Under the pieces are notes generated by a model that saw only the letters and a list, made by a program, of their open reading frames with translations, was not told the origin of the DNA and made no database searches. Positions 1 through 10,543 of a stretch of DNA of 64,000 nucleotides are shown piece by piece (the stretch's first letter is position 1; each line of letters begins with the position of its first letter). Position numbers and translations under genes: made by a program. The stretch is taken from contig CM060734.1 in NCBI GenBank assembly GCA_030704615.1, positions 60,140,001-60,204,000 on the forward strand. The letters run 5' to 3'. This DNA is from Takakia lepidozioides. Taxonomy: Eukaryota; Plantae; Bryophyta.

Positions 1-80
1 AGTGAGGAATCTGGAGGTACTAGACAGCAGCCAGGGCAAAGAGGCAAGGGATCTGAGGACGATGAGTATGAGAATTTTGC

Positions 81-2290
81 ATGGGCACAAGACCCAGCCG
101 AGGAGTGGACGGAAGTGCATTATGCAGCTGGGTCAGAGGACCGGTTGTAGTTCCAGATCAGACACCTGCTAGGGAATCCCCACCACCAATCGATGTAACT
201 CCAGTCTTGAGACGAGCATCCCAGCAAACACCTACAAGGAATTATGGAGGGCCCCAATTATATGCAGCCGGGGAAGGGATCAACTCACGTACCAGATCGG
301 GTGCTCGGCCCCGCCAAAATGGCAATTGGAGTGACCAAGCTCTTGCTGGCGCCTTGGCAGCAATCGAGGCTGGGTCGTCAATCCGGGGTGCTGCAAGGCA
401 ATTCACCATACCTACAGCTACTCTACGGGCCCACATGTATGGAACCATTCGTAGCAGATGTCGTGGCAAACATGGGGTTATGAGTGATGAAGAAGAACGA
501 TTGTTGGTAGCATACATTGAGAGAATGCATGACGTAGGGCATTCATTGACACTAACTCAGATCAGATTGAAGATGGGTGAGATCTGTCAGCTAAGGATTA
601 CACCGTTCGTCAATGGAATACCTGGTTTGGGATGGCTACGCTGGTTTAGGAAGAGACACCCTCATCTAAGCCTACGAGTTGCTCAAGGTCTGGAGCAGGG
701 AAGGGCCAAGGGCCTCTGCCAAGAGAACGTTGACAGCTTCTATGCTAACCTAGGCGATCTATACAACAAAAACAACTACGACCAAGAGCGGATTTGGAAC
801 TGTGACGAGTCGGGGGCGCAGGCAGGAAGAAATGGCGGATCTCGCATGGTGCACTCCATTTGTCCAGATGAGAGGGAGTGGCTCTTCGTATTGACCTGCA
901 TTAATGCAGCAGGTAGTTCAATTCCTAATTTTTAAATTTTCAAAGGCAAACGCTTTCGTCGTATCTACATTGAGAGATGTGAGACGGGGGCCACAATGGC
1001 AATGCAACCAAAAGCATGGATGACAGGGATCATATTCTCTAAATGGATCTCACATTTTCTTGCATCAGTTAGAGGCATGGGGAACGAGATTACAGAGGAG
1101 AGGAGACATCTGCTGATCCTTGATGGCCATAACAACCATGTCACAATCAATGTTGTCCACCAAGCTAGGTCAGTTGGACTCGATCTGATCACGTTGCCAT
1201 CCCATACATCGCACGCACTGCAACCTCTGGATGTCTCCGTATTCAAGCCCTTCAAGACTGCATTTCAAAACTACAGGGATATATGGAGTATAGCAAACAA
1301 AGGGAAGCCAGCAAAGAAAGAGAATCTGGCGCAATGGGTTTCTTTGGGATTGAAGAAGGCACTGTCAGAAGTCAACATTAAAAAATGATTCTCCACCACC
1401 GGGATCTGGCCTCTACGGCCTACTGCAATGGCAAACAAGATGGGGCCATCATCTACTTTTGCACAAGATCCACCTGCAGAAGATCAAGATCACACAGCGA
1501 AGACAATCAATCACATGAGGACAAGCAACCGGATCCAGCCATTGAAGAGGTGATAGGCAACATGGTTCCCGAAACCCAAGAGGAATGTATGCACTACTAT
1601 GTGCATATGGAGGATGATGACGGGCCCACAGATCAGGCCCCTAATGATGAGAGCAGCCTGGAATCCCAACCACTTGCCCGAGACCAGGAGCTCTCGATGC
1701 TCGCATTCACGGGTCCCACTAGTATAGCCAGGTTTCTCACCCTTGCGGAGGCTCCTGCACCCACTAGAAGACGAACGACTCAAGATGGGCAAGTGTTAAT
1801 CGATTACTCCAAATCCATAATTATGACCAGCGACGACTACGTCAACTCCCTTGAGCAGAAAACACGACTCAAGGCGGAAGCAATTGCAGCCAAAGAGAAG
1901 AAACAAGAGGACCAGCGCATTGCACGGGAAAAGAAGGTAGTAGAAAAATTAGCCAAGCAAGAGGCGACTCGGATCAGAAAGGAAGAAGCGGCAGCAAAGA
2001 AAGCATATGACGCACAATGGACAAACAAGGCATTGGGGGAGTATGGCGATCGCTTGCAGGCACTGATGAAGTCGGGAGGGCCCATTAGGCACCATGCCCC
2101 GTTCTGTGGATTGATTCTGAACATATGCAGGTATAACCAAGCCATGGCAATCCGGCAACGTCGAGCAAAGAAAAATGGTGAAGACACCAGCCAATTCGTC
2201 ACCGTGGCTTCTAGTTGGGCACACGGGCATCAGTTACATGGGGTCCCACACTTGACACCACATAGGGGTGTGATTGACGGAAGACAGTGA
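81..2290 (+). pseudogene. pogo/Tigger (Tc1-mariner superfamily) DDE transposase, disrupted
   Basis: HTH_psq-like WSDQALAGALAAIEAGSSIRGAARQFTIP; CENP-B-type HTH ...GWLRWFRKRHP; DDE_1 motifs IWNCDESG, LLILDGH, LPSHTSHALQPLDVSVFKPFK. In-frame stops at 933-935 and 1386-1388 (KK*FSTTGIWP, probably GGA>TGA) and a frameshift near 1490. TIRs not located. Confidence 0.88.
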
Positions 2291-2913
2291 GAGCATGCAT
2301 AACTGAAGACACCCTAAAGTCCACGAACAAGGAGGAGCAGGTCTGTGGCAGGAGTTGCCTTGGAATGGCGGGAGAATGGGAAATGAGGGGGTTTTGGAGT
2401 CTTCCAGGTGTGTCTCTGGGATGGTTACTTTAAGGTTCTAAGATGGCCATGTCTGAGGATTTGTAGGTCATCTAAGGGCAGATTTAGGGGTTCTATTTGA
2501 TACCTGAATGGTCAGATTTTGCGCAAGTTGTGATTCATGCAAGGTAAGTTATGGGTGCTTCCATAGGTAGATGCACGGATTTCCCTGTTGGGAGGTGGGT
2601 ACATCTGGGCCCACACATGGCTTGGTTTTGGTAATTTTTGAGAAAGGTGTAGGTGCACACCTTGTGCACTCATGACACCTTTAAGCGCATGTCAAGGAAC
2701 AATGTATGGCATTACAGGAGGGACCTACTGAGCAGAAGTGGGATAATATGTACTTTGACTTTGATAATTCATATATAATACATTAATGATTGGAAAATTA
2801 TGTGCTTTACACAACAGAGTGCTGCTTCATTTGCTATTCAACTCATGTAATTTTTGTGGACACCGCACCCTTTGAGCATTGCACACTACTTAAAAGCACA
2901 CTTTTAGATGTCG

Positions 2914-3101
2914 CTACCTTATGTCTTCATAATCATCTCTTTGAGTTTTTCTATAGACATCTTGAAGTTTTTTCCAGAGCATAACCGCCCCCCCTAAAAA
3001 CTTTTTAGTATGCACTGTGCTACTATTGCACCTGATGCATTCGCGGTTCAAATTTGTTGTACTGCTACATTTATAGTTCCAATCTTTTATATACCCTAAA
3101 C
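2914..3101 (+). repeat. Isolated copy of the PLE-2 terminal (pLTR) segment; direct repeat of 7200-7389
   Basis: ~190 bp aligns by eye with 7200-7389 (aatcatctctttgagtttttctataga...ctacatttatagttccaatctttt...ccctaaac). Confidence 0.85.
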
Positions 3102-3142
3102 CCTAAAATTCTAAAACCCTTAAACCCTTAACCCTAAACCCT
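3094..3142 (+). repeat. Interstitial degenerate plant telomeric repeats (CCCTAAA)n
   Basis: ccctaaaccctaaaattctaaaacccttaaacccttaaccctaaaccct, lying at the junction of two PLE segments. Confidence 0.85.
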
Positions 3143-4925
3143 CGAGTGTACGAAGAGTAGTCGAGCTTAAGAACAAGGGGGGCCCGTTTACCCTCAATTG
3201 CGCGTTGCGTCTGTTGGTCGAGTAGAGAGGATCTGAGGTCGTAGGAGATCTTGGTGAAGCAACTCCAGATGAACGCCGCTGGATAACCTCAGGCTCGAAG
3301 ACGTTTGTAAAACAAAAGTCGCAAATGGTTGAACCCTTGGATGGTGCTTTCTCGTACTACATACCGTTGGAGCTCGCCGATGACGAAGCTTTCTTTTGGT
3401 GATGTGGATGCCACGAGGACCAAGGCAAGTATTGATACTTGTTCTGGGCCTTTTGATGACATCTAGTAGAGCGCCGTCGAGTTTGGATGAAGTCGTCTCC
3501 TTTGAAGAAGATGATATCCAAGATGTCGCGGACGTCGGGCTTATGGCGGTCGTGATTTTGATGCCATCAAACATGGAACTGTAGTTCCATAACCAGGACC
3601 GGAGGCTCTTTTCGGAGCCTACCCAGATGCCAAAGCCATCGTCGATATAGCGCTTAAGATAAAGCAGCTCTTGCTCCGATGGGCACACGTACTCCATGTA
3701 CATCTCCAACCGACAAAGGAACAAACAAGCATAAACAACTGTAAAGTTGCTCCCCATAGCCATCCCGCGAATTTGGTGCCAAAAACTACCATTGAACTCA
3801 AGGTAATGGTGTTTCAAGACTAATCCAGCGAGGGTCATGATCAGGTCTGTTTTGTGTTTGGTGAAATTACCTCCAATAGCACATTCGAGCTCATACAAGC
3901 CGAGCTCGGTGATGATGCTGGGATATAGAGATTCCACGTCAAACGCAAAAAGAAGAGCATGCGAGGGGACCTCAAGTTGGAAAACCTCTCGAAGAAGCGT
4001 GAGAGAATCAACCAAATGAGTGGATTCCTTGAGAGGTACCGGAAGGAATTGGTGATGGAGCCAAATTGAAGCATGCTCGAAGATGTAGTTGTTGTAGGAA
4101 CAGATGGGTCTTCCAACAAGCACGGGTTTGTGCACCTTCGGAATGAAGTACAAAGCACAAGCTCGAAAGTCCATGGACGACCGAGGGCGTTGGCGGATGT
4201 AATTCCATTCTTTGGTGGAGATCGCAAACCTGTAGATTGGATGGCAAGCTAGCAACTCGGCAGACAAGGTCGTGCATTGCGGACGATTCGATCCAAACGG
4301 CTAGACAAAAGATCATTACCTTCTCGAATGATGGCCTCGAGTGGTTGAGATTCCACTGGTGGATTGAATGATGGATTCGGAACGCGCCAAAGAGGAACCT
4401 CATCGTTGTCTTTGCCGGAGAAGAACGTTCGCAACCTCAAGCTTTGAGCAAAATTGTTGAATTCGGTAATGATTGAAGATCGGGAAGGGGGAAGAGGACG
4501 AGGAATGTAATTGAGACCAAGGCCCATGAGTTGTCGCTCCGCAAAGGAGAGAACCCTCTTGCTATAGTTGTGGATAGCAGGTTGGTGACCTTGCATTCCA
4601 CTTGGGAGGGAGTCTTCCTAGCAAAGAGCAACAAAGCGTAAGCCTTCGGGTCTACGAGCAGGTACCAGAAGAGACTCCTCGTGCGCCCCCGCGTCTGTGA
4701 GGAGGTATGTATGGCCGTTTTGACTTCGTCGTCGTCGTCGTCGTCGTCGTCATCGTCGTCGCACCCTTCGTCGTGGCCGATTTTCCGTTGACCCTCGCTG
4801 AAGGTTTCCGGCCTCCCATACCAGAACCGGTTGTGCGGTTCGGGCCTGACCTCTTGTTGAAAGAGGTAGGTGACGCAGCAGAACGGGTGGAGACCCGGAT
4901 ACCTTTCTGCTGCTTGCCCTTTTCC
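3142..4925 (-). pseudogene. PLE-1 ORF2 reverse transcriptase (frameshifted, 3'-truncated)
   Basis: MGLGLNYIP, YFIPKVHK..GRPICS, FAFDVESLYPSI, QIRGMAMGSNF, KRYIDDGFGIW. Several frameshifts; ends GKRAPLVLKLDYSSYTR at the telomeric repeats. Confidence 0.9.
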
Positions 4926-5722
4926 AACTTTCCGCCAGGATTCGCCTTAGACTTACTAGCCGGTTTGGTCCCAGGCTTCTGGGCCTTAGGTTTCACCTGG
5001 ATAGAATTCACCACCTTCTTCACCTCCTTGAGTACTTCCTTGACCACCTCGCATTTCACGAGTGTAGCAATGGACGGTTCCACAAGGAGGGTCTCCGCTT
5101 CTTCCATAGCACCTTCCCGAGCAACGTTGTGAGCGGCGATAGCCGCGGCCTTGCTAACGTCGGAAAGTTGTTTGTGAATGAGAAATGCATCTACATGAGT
5201 AACAGAGAGATTGCTAAGATGAAGATGCCATGACTCAATGGAAGACTTAGAATTGTCACCTATTAAATTTAAGGATCGTAAAGGCAAAATCAAATCCGAG
5301 AGGCGAGTCTCAAAGACTGGTTTCAATTGCTCGAGCTTGTTGGGCAAACTAGCAAGTCGAGATTCTTGGGCTTTGATAAGTGCTTGAAAGCACTTGATCC
5401 AATATGCGGTTGTGCATTCGGCCAGGCTCGCATCAAGGACGGATTGGGCCTCAGGATCTCCTATTTGAAGTTTAGGAGGACTCATTCTAAGGGAGTTGGG
5501 TGTGGTGTCTTCTTCGAATTGCACTCGCAATTTTTGAAGGTACTTGGAAGTCTTTTCATGCTCATGCCTAAGACTTTTGAATTCCTTGACCGATGTATGC
5601 ACAAATGCAAGCAAAGGGGGAGGAATGGAGATATCCATGTTAGAAGAAGAAGACGCGGATGCATGAGAATGGCCGACGCCTAAGCTAGGACATGGACGTT
5701 TGTTACCTGCTAGTTTCGCCAT
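4652..5722 (-). CDS. PLE-1 ORF1, coiled-coil/basic putative nucleic-acid-binding protein (356 aa)
   Basis: Open ORF directly upstream of the RT; homologous to PLE-2 ORF1 (PKL..I...Q..LDAS; EPSI..LV..EV; RSAAS); basic C-terminus. Confidence 0.75.
   Translation of the reverse strand: MAKLAGNKRPCPSLGVGHSHASASSSSNMDISIPPPLLAFVHTSVKEFKSLRHEHEKTSKYLQKLRVQFEEDTTPNSLRMSPPKLQIGDPEAQSVLDASLAECTTAYWIKCFQALIKAQESRLASLPNKLEQLKPVFETRLSDLILPLRSLNLIGDNSKSSIESWHLHLSNLSVTHVDAFLIHKQLSDVSKAAAIAAHNVAREGAMEEAETLLVEPSIATLVKCEVVKEVLKEVKKVVNSIQVKPKAQKPGTKPASKSKANPGGKLEKGKQQKGIRVSTRSAASPTSFNKRSGPNRTTGSGMGGRKPSARVNGKSATTKGATTMTTTTTTTTKSKRPYIPPHRRGGARGVSSGTCS
4875..4925 (-). other. Putative -1 ribosomal frameshift signal, PLE-1
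   Basis: G GAA AAG in the ORF1 frame, 5-nt spacer, hairpin GCAGCAGAA/TTCTGCTGC with inner CGGGT/ACCCG; the -1 frame is open into ORF2. Confidence 0.65.
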
Positions 5723-6561
5723 CGGAAAAAGAGTTTAGGGTTTAGCGTGGTCAACAAAGGTAACAAAAAATAGAAAAAATACTGGAAAAAGACACAGTAA
5801 TTGTTAAGGGGGGCCGGTTCAGACCCAAATACAAATGCAATGGAAACCAAGACAAATTCATACAAAGTACGCCTATCGTGCCTAAAGGGATGCTATAAGA
5901 CTATTATGTCTTATGCAAGGACTCCCGCCCTCACGAGATAAGGTTCTCTAATTGAAGAATGAGGCACTTTTGCTCCAACCGCAAGTTTTTTTAAGTTTGC
6001 ATCTCCTTGTTTAGCGACAAAAATCTTCCTCACTATGGGCAAGCATGCGCTCAAGGCAATCACAAACATAAGGTCAAGTCTCAATCCCTAGTTGGAAAAC
6101 TTATATGCCCCACCTTCAAAAAGAGGTTCGTACCTCTAAGGAAGAATGGGAAGGATTACCGCATAAGGTCATCGACAAGAAGGTTAGGTCGGCAGAGGCT
6201 TGCGCATGCCCATAGTCCTCTGATCGCTCGAGATGAACTCGAGGGAGGATCAACCAAGTCCCTTCTCTCCGACCATCGGGCGTACGATAGGGGGAACCAT
6301 GTAGTCGGGGCTAAATTAGCTTGCCCGACACGATTACCATATACCTCCAGCCGCCTTCCCCATTGTAAGCGGTGGCTAAGATGGCGTCAAATGGAAGGCT
6401 CTATACGCCCATGCTTCAGAGAGAAAAAAGGCCTCGGAAGTATCCAAGGGTTGGGATTCCCCTTGGAGCCGAGCACCCCTTCGATCCAAGTTGCCCGGGC
6501 GGGCAAGGACTAGACTCTCAACTCTCGACTTCTCTAAGTGTGGAGACACAAAAAGAGTAAA

Positions 6562-6617
6562 GGTGTTTTATTCCAAACAAGTTTCGCTTGATTGCTCAAC
6601 CTCATCAGTGAAACACC
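6562..6617 (-). ncRNA. Minimal type I hammerhead ribozyme
   Basis: Minus strand GGTGTTTCA-CTGATGA-GGTTGA GCAA TCAAGC-GAAAC TT GTT^TG GAATA AAACACC: both core boxes, GNRA-capped stem II, very short stem III, bulged stem I. Confidence 0.85.
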
Positions 6618-6648
6618 AAGAGATGAAGTCCTAAGAGCCAAGCCTATC

Positions 6649-6695
6649 TTTATATACTAGAAAAGCACCCTCACTATGTGCAAACGATATGGGAT
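6649..6695 (-). promoter_or_regulatory. snRNA-type promoter (USE + TATA)
   Basis: ATCCCATATCG (1 mismatch to the angiosperm USE RTCCCACATCG), 28-nt spacer, TATATAAA. Confidence 0.6.
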
Positions 6696-6867
6696 AATTC
6701 CCAAGGCAATAATAATGCCACTAAAGCACTAATTTAGCCTCCAAGTCAAGACTGCATTAATTAGTCAATGGTCCAAATTAATTGTTGGAACCCTTTGACT
6801 TTAACGTCAATACTAGGGCTATCAAAGAGGAAAAATTAATAATGCTAGGGACATTTGCACTACAAAA

Positions 6868-7052
6868 TCATCCTATCATTCTAGATTTAACTAGAAATGA
6901 ACTCAACTTTCGCGGATTCCTCCAACAAATCATTGCTCGAGGAAGAAACCAAAGCTCTGGGACTTGCTGAAGCAACTTGTAGAGTCTAGGGTTTAGGATG
7001 GCCCCCAAGTTCAAGGCTCGAATGTACGAAGAGTAGTTGAGCTTAAGAACAA
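6868..7052 (-). pseudogene. C-terminal end of PLE-1 RT ORF, located upstream of ORF1
   Basis: Translates VLKLNYSSYIRALNLGAILNPRLYKLLQQVPELWFLPRAMICWRNPRKLSSFLVKSRMIG*, homologous to the PLE-2 RT C-terminus; not in the supplied ORF track. Confidence 0.85.
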
Positions 7053-7398
7053 TAGTACCCTATCTCTTTTGCTAGAGAATAGACACAGTAGAGAACGACT
7101 TAGATGCTCATCTAACACGCAACACTCGTTAGTCATACACTTTAGTCATTTGCATGTCTTTGCAATTGCACTTTAGAACATATCAACATCACTCATATCC
7201 TACCTATGTGTCTTCAGAATCATCTCTTTGAGTTTTTCTATAGATATCTTGAAGTTTTTTTCGAAGCATAACCGGCCCCCCAAAAAACTTTTTAGTCTGC
7301 ACTGTGCTATTACTGCACCCGGTGCATTTGCGGTTCCAATTTGTTATACTACTACATTTATAGTTCCAATCTTTTGTAGACCCTAAACATTTCATATT

Positions 7399-8552
7399 AT
7401 GTTAGCTACAACTTCTGAACCTTTATCGCGTCCCCGCATAGAGATGGATGCTGGTGGTGATGGTAATCGACCATCGTCTTTTTCTCCAATTCGGGAGTGT
7501 TCTTCTTCGAGACCACGAGTGGGGATGTTTTTCAACAAACGGGATCACACTCCTACCTTTGTGGAGGCTACTCAAAAGTTACTGGACTATTCTTTCATAC
7601 AATACAAGAAGGATTTTAAAAGATTGCAACGTCTCAAAGCAACCGTCGACCGACTCAGATCTCAAGAAGTTGCTGGTAAAATCCCTCAAGCTTGTAGAAT
7701 TTCTTGTCCTAAGCTTGTGATTTCCTCTTTGGCCGTTCAACCTTCCCTCGATGCAAGCATTCAATCAGCCACTCTTGCTTTCCATGACACTTTACAAAAA
7801 GCCTTCATCAAGGCTCATGTGGAGGTGTTGGCAGAAGCAGAAGCCACTTTGAGCAAATCATCTGATCTTTTCATTGCTCGACTCCAGGAGATCAGATCCC
7901 ATGTGGATGTCTCTTCTTGTCTTGACAATGATGAGGACTCTAGTTGGATTTTCGAGGAGCTTGAGTTTATATGCAATGAAGCCACCAAGTCTTGGTTTGC
8001 TGGAATCTCTTGTTTTCGTGCTAACCACAACTTGGCAACCGCTGTGAGGGAAAAGCTTTGCGTGAAAGGAACCGCGCTAAGGATGCCGCCATGGCAGATG
8101 CTGATGTTCTTCCGTGCGAGCCTTCCATTGTCAAGCTTGTTAGGAAAGAGGTGCAGAAGCAATTTTCCTCCAAAGGGAATAAGTCTTCTCTCTCCCCTAA
8201 GCAACAACAACGACCGCGTTCTTCTTCTCCTAACCGTCAGAAGCAACGGCAACGTGGCCGCTCAATTGCTCGTCAAGCTCCTAAGGCTCAACCTACAAGA
8301 GGCACTTCACCAAATGCCAAAGCAAGTTCTTTCAAGCAACAGGGAAATGGACAACAGCGGAGTGTGATTGCTCGCATCCGTTCCGCTGCATCGCATTTCT
8401 CTTTTCCGAGAAAATCCGCCCTACATTCTCAGACCCCTCATGGTTTTGGCAAACAAAAGTCGGGGCAAAGCCCACAACAGAAGCCCAAAAAGAAGGTAAC
8501 TTGGGTAGGATCAAATCGAAAAGAGCCCGCAAGCTCTTTTGGTGGCAGTTGA
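7399..8552 (+). pseudogene. PLE-2 ORF1 (frameshift near 8055)
   Basis: ORFs 7399-8367 and 8058-8552 together align with PLE-1 ORF1. Confidence 0.75.
8342..8388 (+). other. Putative -1 ribosomal frameshift signal, PLE-2
   Basis: G GGA AAT heptamer, 6-nt spacer, hairpin CAGCGGAG/TTCCGCTG with inner TGTGA/TCGCA. Confidence 0.7.
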
Positions 8553-10396
8553 GGGATGTAGAGGCTTATAAGCTTTGTCTTTTCTCTTGCAAGAGAGTCT
8601 CTCAAGTAGAGAATAGGTTAACCAATGTGATCATCCATAACATGGCCAATCGACCATTTTTGTTTTTTGAAAAGAAACTTTTAGGCTTAGGTTTGAGCTT
8701 CATTCCACATCCTACTCCTCCGTCTACTACTATTCTTGATGCTTATGAGGCTTTTCCTCGACCTTTACATCTTCGACATCACTTCCGTGATGCTAGAGAT
8801 AGACCCATTCCTCCATTTAGAGTCCCTAACCCTTCTTGGGATCAGTGTGTACGGCTTCCTGCTTTAGAAAATATCATTGCAGACGGTCGCGACATTGTAA
8901 AGCCTCGCTTCAAGGATGTGGCTCGCTCTGCCTTCAAGTCCTCTATTCGAGGCCATCTCAAGACCGCAATGCGTGCTCTGACTACAGATGACTCCATCGT
9001 CATCAAACCCGCGGACAAAAATCTTGGGTTGGTGATCATGCGTAAGGATTGGTACATGGATGAGGCACACCGCCAACTCCACGATGGACATGTTTATGAA
9101 TCTGTGGCAGAGATTCCATGGGACAATCTCAAGTATGATTTGGATGCAGTGCTCACTTCTGCTTTTATGCGGGGATTAATCGACAAGCAAGAAAAGGATT
9201 TTTTGGCTTTCAAGCCCCAAGGGGGCTACCGACCCTACATGTGCTATCTTGTGCCCAAAATGCACAAACCTGTGGTGGTTGGGAGACCAATTTGTTCGTA
9301 CAATGGGTACCTTTTTGAGCACGCATCCAAGTGGTTACATTACCATTCGTTTCCTATTTTGCTTCAGGAACATAATCATTTGATAGATTCAATTTCTTTG
9401 TTGAAAGATCTGTCGAGTAGACAACTTCCTCAAGATGTGCTTCTATTCACCTTTGATGTGGGGTCATTGTACCCTAGCATTCCTACTGGGGACGAGCTTC
9501 GATGATTGAAGGACATGATTACCGACAAGCTCAAGTCACCCTGGTTTGAAGGACTCGTCATGAGTCTCCCATGGTCTTGGAGAACAACTATCTTCAATTT
9601 GGCTCGAGCTATTGGCATCAGATCCGAGGCATTGCAATGGGTAGCAATTTTGCTGTTGTGTATGCTTGTATCTTTCTTTGCAGCTTAGAAAGAGAGTTGG
9701 CTTGCGCAGCAAGAGGTATATGGCCTTTGTACTACAAGAGATACATCGATGTCAGATTTGGAGTCTGGGAAGGATCTCGGGCAAGTTTGGAGACTTGGCT
9801 CGATCGATACAACTCTCTCAGTCCCACAATTCGCATTCAAAGGGTGATCTCTGACTACTGTTGACATTCTTGATATTCAATTCTTCAAGGGAGCTGATTT
9901 TGTCAATAGTGGGATTCTATCTTCGAGATGTCATCAGAAGGCACTCAACATATATCGGTACTTGCCATGGACATCCTGTCATCCGCGACACAAAAAACGA
10001 GCATTCATCGTTGGTGAGCTACGCCGATACACTTTGAGAGAAAGCACATGTGCAGGTTTTTCAGAGATCAGACGACTATTCTATGAACGACTGCGTGCTC
10101 GAGGCTATTCAAAGTCTTTTATCTTAGAGTGTTTTAGACTATGTGACTATGCACAACGTGCTACACTGTTAGCTTCAGAATCCACTCGTAAGTTGATGGG
10201 TACGCGGGCCCCCTTGGTTCTGAAACTTGAGCATTCTCGATATACTCAAGCTCTAAACCTTGGGGGAGTCCTAAACCCTAAACTGCATGAGCATCTTCTG
10301 AAAGTTCCGCAGTTAGCATCTTTTGACAAACCTATGGTTTGTTGGAAAAAAACGAGGAATATACGTTCCTATTTAGTTCGTGCTAAGTTACAATAG
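8342..10396 (+). pseudogene. PLE-2 ORF2 reverse transcriptase, disrupted
   Basis: IKPADKNLGLVIM, YLVPKMHK, FTFDVGSLYPSIP, QIRGIAMGSNF, YIDV (mutated YIDD), thumb HPRHKKRAFIVGELRRY...LRARGYS; stops and frameshifts. Confidence 0.9.
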
Positions 10397-10543
10397 AGTC
10401 AATTATATTGAATGAGATATTCTTGGCTTACAAGCATAAATTGGAAAAAGAACTTTTTCTTTTTTTAATAAAAGACCTTTCCTCGGCTAAAGGAGATATT
10501 CTTGTCTTAACTGGCATAAGTTCACATTACTCTAGACACTGCT

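Larger units (their letters stand above)
3141..7052 (-). mobile_element. PLE-1: endonuclease-deficient Penelope-like retroelement (two ORFs, Athena/Coprina-type architecture), permuted unit
   Basis: Coiled-coil ORF1 plus PLE-type RT, no GIY-YIG, hammerhead ribozyme, telomeric repeats, and a 36-bp terminal redundancy (3141-3176 vs 7017-7052). Confidence 0.85.
7200..10400 (+). mobile_element. PLE-2: second, diverged endonuclease-deficient Penelope-like element, head-to-head with PLE-1
   Basis: ORF1 plus RT; RT ends at 10396 with no endonuclease domain; CCCTAAAC at 7381 just before ORF1. 3' boundary uncertain. Confidence 0.85.

Noticed and set aside
6007-6513. 168-aa ORF as a PLE endonuclease or third gene
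   Set aside because: Antisense, non-ATG start, no GIY-YIG or HNH motif; the region looks like a structured leader.
3194-10396. Telomerase (TERT), group II intron or retron RT
   Set aside because: The DK motif, G.AMGS, YIDD and HP...GEL.RY thumb in an intronless two-ORF layout fit PLEs; no TERT-specific T/CP motifs.
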